Source: Octopus bimaculoides (lineage: Eukaryota). Taken from it: a DNA stretch of 64,000 nt. The translations under genes and the position numbers were made by a program. This document shows, piece after piece, positions 36,731-48,550 of this stretch (its first letter is position 1; each line of letters begins with the position of its first letter). The DNA lies in assembly GCF_001194135.2 (NCBI RefSeq), contig NC_069001.1, positions 32,679,539 through 32,743,538 of the forward strand, given 5' to 3'. Below the pieces are notes generated by a model. The model was not told the origin of the DNA and did no database searches. It was given only the letters and a program-made list of their open reading frames with translations.

Positions 36731-37669
36731 TTATCATTTATTTATTTATCTACGATGATATTTTCGCTTTGCCGTTTCTCGGGCTGAGATTTGATTTTAC
36801 ACTCGACGTAGTTTCAATTCTCTCTTGGCACCGTTTTTTAACTTAGGACGAGCAAGTCGGGTTATACTTTTGGGAAAGGCATGAACAACACTCATTCTCC
36901 TTTACACGAAATTAAAGTGAAACTTGCCTCGTATGTACGTGTTTATACATTTGGATCATAGAGGGGCCGTTGACGATGAACGAAGAAAAATTCACTTGCA
37001 GGAAGTTGTTTTTTGTTTAGCCCAGGCCTGCCCTGATCCAGTAGACAAGTCACTTCAGACATTCCAGTTGTGACCATCCTGCCTTTAAAAAAAATTAGTG
37101 TATTTAGGGCCACGTTATTTAATGTCTTTCCCTCCTTTAAGAACGGAAGTATGTAAGTTGAGGGATTTGGCGCTATTTCTAACAGATACAACCATCATGC
37201 AAGGGTTCCGTTGTTGAATCGAATAGAAAAAAAATTGTTTAGTTTCAGGTTTGTCTTATTGAGTACACCTATGATCAAAAGCGCTCCTGCTGTGACCGTT
37301 CCATTTTTTCCAATAATAGAGAACAATACAATCGAGTGTGTCCTTTTTTTTTTATAGATAAGAGTGTTATTTGTGATTGATGTGGCTGCTATTTCTAGCA
37401 GATCTAACGACTACGTAGAGACTCCTTTGGTGGCTCGAAGAGAAAAGGAAGTCGTTGTTTAGCCCTCGGTCAGCCCTGAACAGCAGAAACAAGCAGGCCT
37501 ATAATCATAGAGGTTCCACTCTGAACCATGCCATGTTTATGTATATCAGGATCTACGCTGCAGAAGGAAGTTAATCTGCGAGGAGATTTAGTGGCGAGAT
37601 AGAGAGATAAATCTGTCGGGCAGTCGAGGTGGTCATCCGGTTTTCAATCCTGGATTGAAGATAGTTTGA

Positions 37670-37817
37670 CTTCATTGACTTCGCCGATGCTTTTTTAGGA
37701 GAAGCATAAACGTCACAACAGCGTGCATCCTCCTAAAATACCACAGAGCAGCGTGTACTCGTCAAAACAAAGTGCAAGTAAAAAAGCGCCAACAAAGTTA
37801 TTTATCTAGAAACGTCA
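37670..37817 (+). promoter_or_regulatory. Candidate TSS / non-coding first exon of MCRS1
   Basis: Locally CpG-rich unique sequence, TCATT Inr-like motif near 37671, strong donor CA|GTGAGT at 37818 followed by T-rich intron-like sequence. No transcript data. Confidence 0.4.
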
Positions 37818-40347
37818 GTGAGTGCGCCCTTTCTCTCTCTGTTTGTTGATGCCATTTGTTCAAAGTTCTCACGATTGTCTTGTTTCTCGATATTTACCAT
37901 ACTCAACCACGACATTTACAATGTTTTTTTTCTCTTTTTTTCTCGTGTGATTGTTCCGTTTGTTGGGTTTACATTTTCAAGAAAAGTTCTTTTTATCTTT
38001 TCCGCCCTCGAAATTTAAAACAAAAGGCCATGTCATGTGTTACCTGTATAAATTTATTTAGTGTGTGACATAGCAACGATAACGACTTCAGCGCGGGGGA
38101 GGGGAGCAAAAAGAAACCCTACCGCTATTCATGTTCCCAAGCACATGTGGACTTATCCCACCCACTCGCCCACATTTTATTATAGCTCTTACCACAAACC
38201 AGTATTGTTGTTAGAATAACAGTTATAATTATAATTGCTAGCGATGACAGTATTAGTAGGAGCCATACAGTGCTGTTCTTAGTTTACACCTCTTTTATGT
38301 ATCGAGTTCAAATCACGCCGGGTTTTGATAAATTAGTACTCTGTCATGCGCTAGTGACGGGGGTTGATTTACTCTTTCACTCCACCCTCTTACATCCCAA
38401 AATGTTTGGCCTTGTAACTAGAAATTACAGGTAGTATCGCGTTGCATCTCTCTCTAGGTTTCTAGTTCAGTTCCCGCCAGAGTTCATTTTGCTTTTCATT
38501 CTTCCTCGGTTGATAAAATAAATACAAATTGAATAACTGGGTCGATATAACCGAGTGCAGGGGGATATCCATTACGTTTGCATAGTGGCCTGACTGGCTG
38601 TTAAATAAGAGGAAGTTCCTGGACAGTGTCCACCTATGGAAACTAAGTGGCTCTGCATTCAAAAGGATACACAACTTGTCTGTTGGTATAAATAATTTAT
38701 CTTATTATGCAGTTGATCTGAAAGAAGATAAAATTTGATATATGATATTCATATAACAATTTATTTATGATATAAATTTATGGTTTTATACTTTATTCCA
38801 GTATACTCTCACAACATCTGCATGCACAGAATCATACCTTTCCCCCCTATAAAACCACCTTCAGTAAGTGTTTGATGAAACATACTATATTTGTTTGTTT
38901 TTACAAAATATACTTGTAAGATAGGCAACTGTGCTGATAGGGGAGGTCTATTTAATCAACAATACCTCTTCAAAATGTGTTTGCCTTGTGACAAGAAATT
39001 ATTATGCCAACAGACGATAATATTGATAATAATAATCGTTTCTATTATAAGCACAAGTCCTGTAATTTGTTGGGGGTGGGCTGCTTGATAGCATTGATCC
39101 CAGTGTTCAGTTGGTATTTTCTTCATTGGCCTCGAAAAAATGAAAGGCAAAGTTAACCAGCAAAATTTGAACTCAGAATGTAAAGTTGGACAAAATACCA
39201 CTAAGCATTTTGCCCAGCATGCTAACAGTTCTGCTAGCTTGCCACCTTAATAATAATCCTCCTCATCATCATCGTTTAACGTCTGCTTTCCATGCTAGCA
39301 TGGGTTGGACGATTTGACTGAGGACTGGCAAGCCAGAAGGCTGCACCAGGCTCCAATCTTATCTGGCAGAGTTTCTACAGCTGGATGCCCTTCCTAACGC
39401 CAATGGTTTCAAATTTTGCCACTAGGGCAGCCATTTTAGGGGAGGGAATGAGTCGATTACATCAACCCCAGTATTTCACTGGTACTTAATTTATCGATCC
39501 CGAAAGGATGAAAGGCAAAGTCGACCTCATCCTTTCAGAGTTCAGGATGTAAAACTTGTGTATTTGGATATGATACTTTATGTTACTGCAATCAGCCACC
39601 AGGGTAGTGCATCCTCGTTTATGGTTTTATTACCATCCATTCATTACAAATGGTTGATAGGTGGAGGAATAGTTAACATTCCTTTCATTTTCCATGGGAA
39701 ATTTTGAGTTAGATAATCAATCCTTTAGAATTCAAGATTATTATATTTAATGCAATGCTTGTTTATTCATATTGTTTTGAATTAATTGTGCTCAGGATTC
39801 CAGTGATCTGCTTATTTAGTTTTAGAATGGCATTGTAGGGTTGGTGTAAAAAGTCATATCTTGCCAGTTTCAACATGAGACAGGTTAAATATTTTGGCCT
39901 GATATGGCTGATTTGAATGCTAAAGGGTTAAAAAATGTCTTTTACAGGTAACACAGTCATTAAATAATGTAAGACATATATCAGATTTGGGTTTTGTATA
40001 CTGAGGAAGGAGATATGCTGTGACCTCTCCACAAAACTGTCAACATACTGCAAGCAATATTTTATGTGTGCTAACAGGCTGCAGTATTTTGGCTTGCTTA
40101 CAAGGTAGCAAGCTGGCAAAATCGTTACTGCACCTGACAAAATACTTAACAGCATTTCTTCTGACATTACATTCTGAGTTTCAATGCAGCCTAGGATGAT
40201 AAAATAAGTACCAGTTGAGCACTGGGGTCGATGTAATTGACTTAACCCGTCTCTGAAATTGCTGGCCATGTGCCAAAATTTGAAACCAATATTTTCATTT
40301 GTTTACAGTACTTTATTATAAGTATCAATTATTGTGCCTAGTGGACT

Positions 40348-40422
40348 TATCTGGCTCTGTAACCTACAACACAGTCTCCCATCTATATCTGGCTCTGTAA
40401 CCTACAACACAGTCTCCCATCT
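40348..40422. repeat. Exact tandem duplication (38-bp period)
   Basis: tatctggctctgtaacctacaacacagtctcccatct at 40348 and 40386. Confidence 0.92.
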
Positions 40423-41422
40423 GTAATACAGCAGCATTAGACCCGTGCTTCAGGGCAGAAGAGTTAAGACCAAATTTTTTGATACATCATCGTCATCATC
40501 ATTTAATGTCCATTGTCCATGCTGGCATGGGTTGGATGTCCTTCTTAATGCCAACTGCTTTACAGAGTGTGTTCAGTGCTTTTATGTGGCGTCACATGGG
40601 TGCTTTTACATGGCACTTTCATGAGTGCTTCCCACCACCAGCAGGATTGGTCTTAACTTTTCTGCCCTGGAGCACGGGTCTTCTTGAGTACAGCAAGTGT
40701 GTTTGGGTCTCCTTGTCTTGATATCTTGTAATAGTTGTAAATGATTGTCAGTGTCATACGAACACTGTTGTTCATTTTCCAGTATTCTGCAAGCATGTGT
40801 CTGACCATGAGGAAATTTTATCTTGCTTGGAAACAGATGAGGGTTGACAATAGGAAGGACATCTGTCCATAGAAAATCTTTCTCAGTTAACTCTGCCTGA
40901 CCCATGCAAATATGGAAATGTGGATGTTAAAAAGTTTGATGATAAGGAAAACTGTTTTTCACTCACTTTTATATTTACTTTGCATATTTCACAAATAAAA
41001 AATCACTTTGTTTAGGAAGATGCAAGCATATAAGCAATATGCAATGAATGCTTGAAAATTAACCTTGTATCTAATCAAAATAAATTACTTTTATTGTATA
41101 ACCACAGGCTACAGATATTTTAGGGGAGAAAGACTTTGTAAATTAGAAAAGTTTGCATGGATCTGAATGGGCATCAGGGATGTAAAATGATCTGGTTCAT
41201 TATAAATGGGGATTTTGGAAACCATTATTACGGATCTGGTATCATAAAGTGCTATAATGAGTAATTTTTATTTGGTGTAAAACAGTTATTATAGAAAATG
41301 TATAAAATGTATAACGTCTGCCTTCCATGCTGGCATGGATTGGACAGTTTGTCAGGAGCCTACTCCAGACTTCTGTGTCTGTTACATGAGCCAAAATGAG
41401 GATAACTCCGTAGAGTGTCATT

Positions 41423-41964
41423 GACAGCAAACCACAATATACATAGATTGGAATTGGACCCCTAGACCTGTGAAGCACCTGGACAAATCAATGCACTGGA
41501 CCCTATATTATTTGTTGACAACAAACCACAATATACATAGATCAGGCTCGCTAGACCTGTGAGGCACCTGGGCAAATCAATGAATTGGACCCTGTAGTAT
41601 TTATTAACAGCAAATNNNNNNNNNNNNNNNNNNNNNNNNNNNNNNNNNNNNNNNNNNNNNNNNNNNNNNNNNNNNNNNNNNNNNNNNNNNNNNNNNNNNN
41701 NNNNNNNNNNNNNNNNNNNNNNNNNNNNNNNNNNNNNNNNNNNNNNNNNNNNNNNNNNNGACAGCAAACCACAATATACATAGATTGGAATTGGACCCCT
41801 AGACCTGTGAAGCACCTGGACAAATCAATGCACTGGACCCTATATTATTTGTTGACAACAAACCACAATATACATAGATCAGGCTCGCTAGACCTGTGAG
41901 GCACCTGGGCAAATCAATGAATTGGACCCTGTAGTATTTATTAACAGCAAATCACAATATACAT
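41423..41964. repeat. ~90-bp minisatellite (A-B dimer) spanning an N-gap
   Basis: caaaccacaatatacatagat...ctagacctgtga.gcacctgg.caaatcaatg units; identical dimer on both sides of gap 41616-41759. Confidence 0.88.
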
Positions 41965-42603
41965 GGAACACAGATGTTAAAAAAAATAAGGATGGTTACA
42001 TCGAATAATGTAATTCTAGAGACACAAAAAGACAGGTTGGTCATGGGTGGAAAGCTTTTGCTCACAGGTCTGCTCCATCAAAGCTGACTGGGAACTAAGC
42101 AACAACAACCAGAACCACCATCGTTAAATGTACTAACTAATTAAACAAAAGAGTGTTATCTTGTGTTTTGAAATGAATGGAAGAAGATCTGAATGTTAAA
42201 TGGTGCTTATTAATAAATAATTGTAATAACATGCAGTCACATTATTGATGTATTAGCTTTGTGATTGCCTGGCTTAAACGTATGAAATCAATTTCTAATT
42301 AAATGGCTGTATATTACGGCTAAGTGGTTAATAATTAATGCTTCCTATTTATTGCTTGTAATTATATCTCCTTGCATATAAACTCACATATTTTATTGAT
42401 ATGAAATCATATATAATACAGGCATATTTTATGTGTTGACCTTCATTATACTGCCCACCCCTCCTACACACACACATGCACACACACACACATACGTTCT
42501 TTACTTATGAAAGCTATTGATTAATTAATGTTTGGATCCAAATCGTCTCTGATCGAGCAAACAAATCAAAATCAAAGACAATCAAACCATGACCGCCCCC
42601 CCC

Positions 42604-42998
42604 ACCAGCATGGTTGTGTGGTTAATAAGCTCACTTTGCAATCACGTGGTTTCAGTTTCAGTCCTAGTGCACATCCCTTGGGCAAGTGTCTTCTACTTTG
42701 GAGCTGGGCTAACCAATGCTTGTGAGTGCATTCAGTAGATGGAAACTGTGTTGAAGTCCATTGTGTATACACACACACACACACACAAATATATGTTTGT
42801 GTTTGGTTGCCCTGCCCCTATCTGTTTGACAACTGGTGTTGGTTTGTTTATATCCCTGTAATAGTGGTTCAGCAAAAGAGACTGATAGAATAAATACTAG
42901 ACTTACAAAAAAAAATACTGCAGTCAATTTGTTTTATTAAATTTCAAGGTCGTGCTCCAGCATGGCTGCAGTCCAATGAGTGAAGCAAGTGAAAGATA
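42604..42998 (+). mobile_element. SINE family A
   Basis: Aligns with the family A consensus. Confidence 0.8.
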
Positions 42999-43208
42999 AG
43001 AGATATATGCTTTGAACTACATTACTGACTGTGTCCTTTAAAACAAGGTGTGGTTTGAGAGAGTTCTGACTGTTGATCCTGTCAGGTTGTGTAATCACTT
43101 AAAGGCTTCCTAGTTGACTCATTTTAGGTTAGCACAAAGTTCTCAAGGAGCACTTTGTGACCCACTTTTGAAAACCACTTCACTGTTATTAAAGTCATTT
43201 AGAAATGT

Positions 43209-43610
43209 ACAAGGAGGGTGTGTGTGTGCTGAAGAGTTCTTGACCTTGGGTAAAAGAAAATACAGGAGGATCAGTTAATTATGATTTTATGCAACATATT
43301 CCCCTCTCAGATTCACACACCTATTGCAGCAGTCCTTCAGTTTTTCTAAACCCTGTAAAAGAACTCGGAAGGTTGGGCCTCCAACCAGGCCTTTTGCAAT
43401 ATCCTTAAAGCCAGGAACTTTTCAGCAGTTCCTCATATATTTATATACATACAAGTGGGTGTTGAAAAGTTCCTGGCTTCGGGTGAAAGAAAATCAGAGA
43501 GGATCAGTTATGATTTTGTTCAACATATTCCCCTCTCAGATTCATACACTTACTGCAGTGGTCCTTCAATTTTTCTAAGCCCTGTAAAAGAACTCGGAAG
43601 GTTGGGACAC
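43209..43610 (+). mobile_element. Two tandem mariner-type MITE copies
   Basis: Termini (g)tgttgaaaagttcctggct / gccaggaacttttcagca; shared body atattcccctctcagattca; third, inverted copy at 50963-51142. Confidence 0.72.
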
Positions 43611-43817
43611 TGTCTTTAAGGGTTTAGTTGAATAAATTGACCCTAGTACTTACTGTTCATGAGCCTGGTACTTACTCTGTCAGCCTCTTTTGCTGAACTA
43701 CTAAGTTACAGGAACATAAACAAACCAACACCAGTTGTGTATATATTATATAAAAAGATGTTGTGTACATACGGATTAGTTTGGATTTGTATGTAAATAT
43801 ATTTATATATATATATA

Positions 43818-44180
43818 TAGGTGTAGGTATGGTTGTGTGGTAAGAAGCTTGCTTCCCAACCACATGGTTCCTACCTTGGACAAGTCTCTTCTACTATATA
43901 GCTTAAGACTATAGTCTCAAGCTGACCAAAGCCTTGTGAGTGGATTTGGTAGACAGAAACTGAAAGTAGCCGGTCGTGTGTGTGTGTATAATATGTTTAT
44001 CGCCACATCAATATGGCTGTTCTGTAAAAATCGACGTTACTTCTGTTTTTAACCCCAGGAAGAGCCTCCTCCAGCTGGTTATCAATGCAATCTGCACCCA
44101 GTATATATTGCAAGCAGGGGAGAGAACTCATACTATCTTCTAGCAGACGACGTCTGCACTCCAATGACTGAAACAAGATA
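43818..44180 (+). mobile_element. SINE family A
   Basis: Aligns with the family A consensus. Confidence 0.75.
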
Positions 44181-46608
44181 CACACACACACACACACACA
44201 GAAATGTTATGGGCGTGTATGTGCATATGTGTGCACAAACTAGGAGTACAATCTAAAGAAAAGAGCATTCAACATGTGGAGATTAACTTTAAATCGGATC
44301 TGCATTACTACATGTTTCACGAATGTTTTAAAAAAACATATTTGTTAGTTTAGGTGCAATAAGAGTGAATGATAAGGTATCCATTCTAAATGAGGCTGAT
44401 GGTCATTATAAGATGGGTTAAAGTTCATTTTCGTTGAACGTTTTGGTCCATGTGGCGCTGTTAATGATTATTTGATAACTATCAAATGTATTGTGATTAC
44501 CGGTTACTGCTACATGGGAAGCAACTCTGATGCATTACATGCGAGTAGTCTCCCGTGTTTTCATTAGAAATAATAGTGAAATTCAGAATTTCAATAAAAT
44601 AAATAGAATAGGTTTGACGAATAGTGACTTAGGATTGATGTATAATGCGTTGAGGGTCCACCCAGAAACTGAATCACCACTATTTTTGTCTCAATCCTGC
44701 TCCACCTGATACTACCGTCCCCTTTTCTAAATCATGAATAGTTATGTAGACAGCTCCTTCATCATCATTGTTTAACATCTGCCTTCCATCCTGGCATGGG
44801 TTGAAATGTTTGACAGGAGCTGGCCTGGTCGGAGCCTGCACCAGACTTTTGTGTCTATTTTGGCATGTTTTTTTTACAGCTGGTTGCCCATCCTAACACC
44901 AACCACCCAGCACAAAAATACCTGTTCTGTTCTGGCCCTTTCTTTAATACTGCAACTCCTTCATCTCTTTGTAATAAAGCTTTGGCCATCATGGTTTGTA
45001 GTCTTGCAAACTGCTTGGAGACCTCATTAGTGCTGGTGCTACTAGAAAAAAACCCAGTACATGCTGTAAAGTGGTTGGCTTCTGGAAGAGCATCCGGCCA
45101 TAGAAACAAGGCTGAATTATGACCCTCAGAGATTCTAAACACTTAAAAGATTTAGGTGCCCATATTCTTTTACTTGGAAAAAAAGGTTTTGTATCCATGT
45201 ATAACAAACACCCATATTTTTTAAACTTAATTTTTGACACAAAAGGGTTCCTTATACACATTAAAATACGGTATTTATATATATATATATATATATACGA
45301 CTGGCTTCTTTCAGTTTCTGTGTACCACATCCACTCACAAGGCCTTGGTTGGCCTGAAGCTATAGTAGAAGACACTTGCCCAAGGTGCCACGCAGTGGAA
45401 CTGAACCCAGAACCATGTGGTTGAGAAGCAAGCTTCTTATCACACAGCCATGCCTGCACCTATATATGTAAGAAGCTTGCATCATAACCACNNNNNNNNN
45501 NNNNNNNNNNNNNNNNNNNNNNNNNNNNNNNNNNNNNNNNNNNNNNNNNNNNNNNNNNNNNNNNNNNNNNNNNNNNNNNNNNNNNNNNNNNNNNNNNNNN
45601 NNNNNNNNNNNNNNNNNNNNNNNNNNNNNNNNNNNNNNNNNNNNNNNNNNNNNNNNNNNNNNNNNNNNNNNNNNNNNNNNNNNNNNNNNNNNNNNNNNNN
45701 NNNNNNNNNNNNNNNNNNNNNNNNNNNNNNNNNNNNNNNNNNNNNNNNNNNNNNNNNNNNNNNNNNNNNNNNNNNNNNNNNNNNNNNNNNNNNNNNNNNN
45801 NNNNNNNNNNNNNNNNNNNNNNNNNNNNNNNNNNNNNNNNNNNNNNNNNNNNNNNNNNNNNNNNNNNNNNNNNNNNNNNNNNNNNNNNNNNNNNNNNNNN
45901 NNNNNNNNNNNNNNNNNNNNNNNNNNNNNNGCGTGTGTGTGTGTGTGTGTGTGTATATATTATATGTGGCGTTAGGAAGGGCATCCAACTGTAGAAACTC
46001 TGCCAAATCAGATTGGAGCCTGGTGTAGCCATCTGGTTTCACCAGTCTTCAGTCAAATTGTCCAACCCATGCTAGCATGGAAAGCAGACGTTAAACGACG
46101 ATGATGATGATGATGATATATAATGTCCTCCATGTAAACAAGCTGCTTTACTTAGCAGGTTGTTCATTCATACCCACCTTTTGTCATTTGTAATCAACAC
46201 TTTACATTTATTACTTGGAAAGAAGAAAAAAAAAAGAAGGTAAATGCCAACGTATTCTCATGGGCTTTACATAATTGCTGCATGTCTTTTCCCTCTGTCA
46301 CAAAACCATTAGTCTCTGCTCTGTCTGTCAAACTGCTGTCTATCAGTCACTCAACTGTTATGTACTTCTGTAACACCACACATCCACGCACATCTTCCTC
46401 TTCAGCTACTGACATTACTGCATCACTCAATACCTTACTTCTCCTCTTCCCCCACCCCACCTACAGATCTACCCCCACACTTCTACTATCTAGTTCTGCC
46501 AAGTTGTTTTACTTTGTCACTTTATCAATGATTTTTAACTAGTTCTAAAATTGTATTCCATTCAGTGTTTCCTACTTTCTATTTTATACATTGACAGTTT
46601 GTTGTAAG

Positions 46609-46639
<31 letters not shown>

Positions 46640-46887
46640 CACAAGCAACCAACCTTATGTAAAATCAAATTTATTACTTAGTGTTTCTTTTGTTTTATAA
46701 TATTAACCTCCCCCCCACCCTTTACTGAATGTTGGTACTCATATATTGCATCACAACTCATACAAAACAAACTACTGTTTTTTTTTAGTCATTGAGGGAG
46801 CCTCTTCACTTAAGAGGAATAATAGCCAAATTGTCCTTGAACAGTTTTAAATAAAGAAGGTTACATTGGGCATTGTAGCTTCCTCTG

Positions 46888-47290
46888 TGGAGGCACAATG
46901 GCCCAGTGGTTAGGGCAGCAGACTCGCGATCATAGGATTGCGGTTTCGATTCCAAGACTGGGCGTTGTGAGTATTTATTGAACGAAAACACCCAAAGCTC
47001 CACGAGGCTCCGGCAGGGGATGGTGGCGAACCCTGCTGTACTCTTTCACCACAACTTTCTCTCACTCTTTCTTCCTGTTTCTGTTGTGCCTGTAATTCAA
47101 AGGGTCAGCCTTGTCAAACTCTATGTCACGCTGAATATCCCCGAGAACTACATAAAGGGTACACGTGTCTGTGGAGTGCTCAGCCACTTGCATGTTATTT
47201 TCACGAGCAGGCTGTTCCGTTGATCGGATCAACTGGAACCAACNNNNNNNNNNATCGGATCAACTGGAACCAACCAACCAACCAACCAAC
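46888..47290 (+). mobile_element. tRNA-Arg-like-headed SINE (family D) with (CCAA)n tail
   Basis: tggcccagtggttagggcagcagactcgcgatc...gtttcgattcc resembles tRNA-Arg boxes, followed by ~280 bp unrelated to tRNA. Confidence 0.7.
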
Positions 47291-47389
47291 TGTAGCTTCC
47301 TCCATACAAAGAAAGATAGGATGGTCATACTGTATTGTCTTTGATGATAGGTCTGCCTTGTTAGGGTTGACCTAACTATTATCTATCCC

Positions 47390-47427
<38 letters not shown>

Positions 47428-47490
47428 CTTCACTTAAATTCTCTTTTATAAAATGTCATTTCACCAGCCAGGAACATTTATTTACTTTAA

Positions 47491-47702
47491 CCCTTTAGCA
47501 TTTAAACTGGCCATATCTGGCCCCAAATATTCTCCCTTGTTTTATGTTCAACCAGATTCAGCTTCTCACACCTGCCCTGTAATGTCATTCTAAAAACATA
47601 CAATCCCCTCATTGAAATCTCGAAGCTATGAGATTATTGCATGATTAATTCAAAACAATTTGAATAAATATTGCATTTGACAGTAATCTGAATACTAAAG
47701 AG
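47491..47702 (+). mobile_element. piggyBac-like MITE family M1, uninterrupted (further copies ~39720-39931, 55470-55695, 62090-62295)
   Basis: TTAA|CCCTTTAGCATT ... AATACTAAAGAG|TTAA. Confidence 0.82.
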
Positions 47703-47739
47703 TTAAGCTAATTACTTTGCTTTGATCCCCTTCGGTCAT

Positions 47740-48032
47740 GAATGACTATGGGACTGCAACTAGAAAGTTCTTCGAGGTACAAGTCTGGGCAAGGTTGTTT
47801 TTATAGAAGACCAGCAGTCGCCCATGGATACCAGCCTCTCTTTTCCATGCCACCAATGTTATCCAAGGGAAAGGCTAAAGGCCTTCATAGTTTGGCACCA
47901 GCTGAGTGAACTGGAGCAACGTGAAATGAAGTGTCTTGCTCAAGAACACAACACACAGCCCAGTCCAGGAATTGAACTCACTACCTCATGATTGTGAGCC
48001 CTATACTCTAACCACTGAACCATGAGCCTTCA
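47740..48032 (-). mobile_element. SINE family E (other copies ~33360-33480, 57105-57281, 20300-20435)
   Basis: gagcaacgtgaaatgaagtgtcttgctcaagaacacaac..gaattgaac..ctaaccact. Confidence 0.72.
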
Positions 48033-48486
48033 TTTTACTCTGCCTTCNNNNNNNNNNNNNNNNNNNNNNNNNNNNNNNNNNNNNNNNNNNNNNNNNNNNN
48101 NNNNNNNNNNNNNNNNNNNNNNNNNNNNNNNNNNNNNNNNNNNNNNNNNNNNNNNNNNNNNNNNNNNNNNNNNNNNNNNNNNNNNNNNNNNNNNNNNNNN
48201 NNNNNNNNNNNNNNNNNNNNNNNNNNNNNNNNNNNNNNNNNNNNNNNNNNNNNNNNNNNNNNNNNNNNNNNNNNNNNNNNNNNNNNNNNNNNNNNNNNNN
48301 NNNNNNNNNNNNNNNNNNNNNNNNNNNNNNNNNNNNNNNNNNNNNNNNNNNNNNNNNNNNNNNNNNNNNNNNNNNNNNNNNNNNNNNNNNNNNNNNNNNN
48401 NNNNNNNNNNNNNNNNNNNNNNNNNNNNNNNNNNNNNNNNNNNNNNNNNNNNNNNNNNNNNNGTGTATATAGTTTTATTGAGTATG

Positions 48487-48550
<64 letters not shown>

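Noticed and set aside
46888-46975. tRNA gene (also heads at 1360, 19770, 20350 and 25575)
   Set aside because: A/B boxes are present but there is no intact acceptor stem and each continues into a repeated body, so these are SINE heads.
47223-47274. 21-bp direct repeat flanking a 10-N gap
   Set aside because: Typical contig-overlap artefact at a SINE tail.
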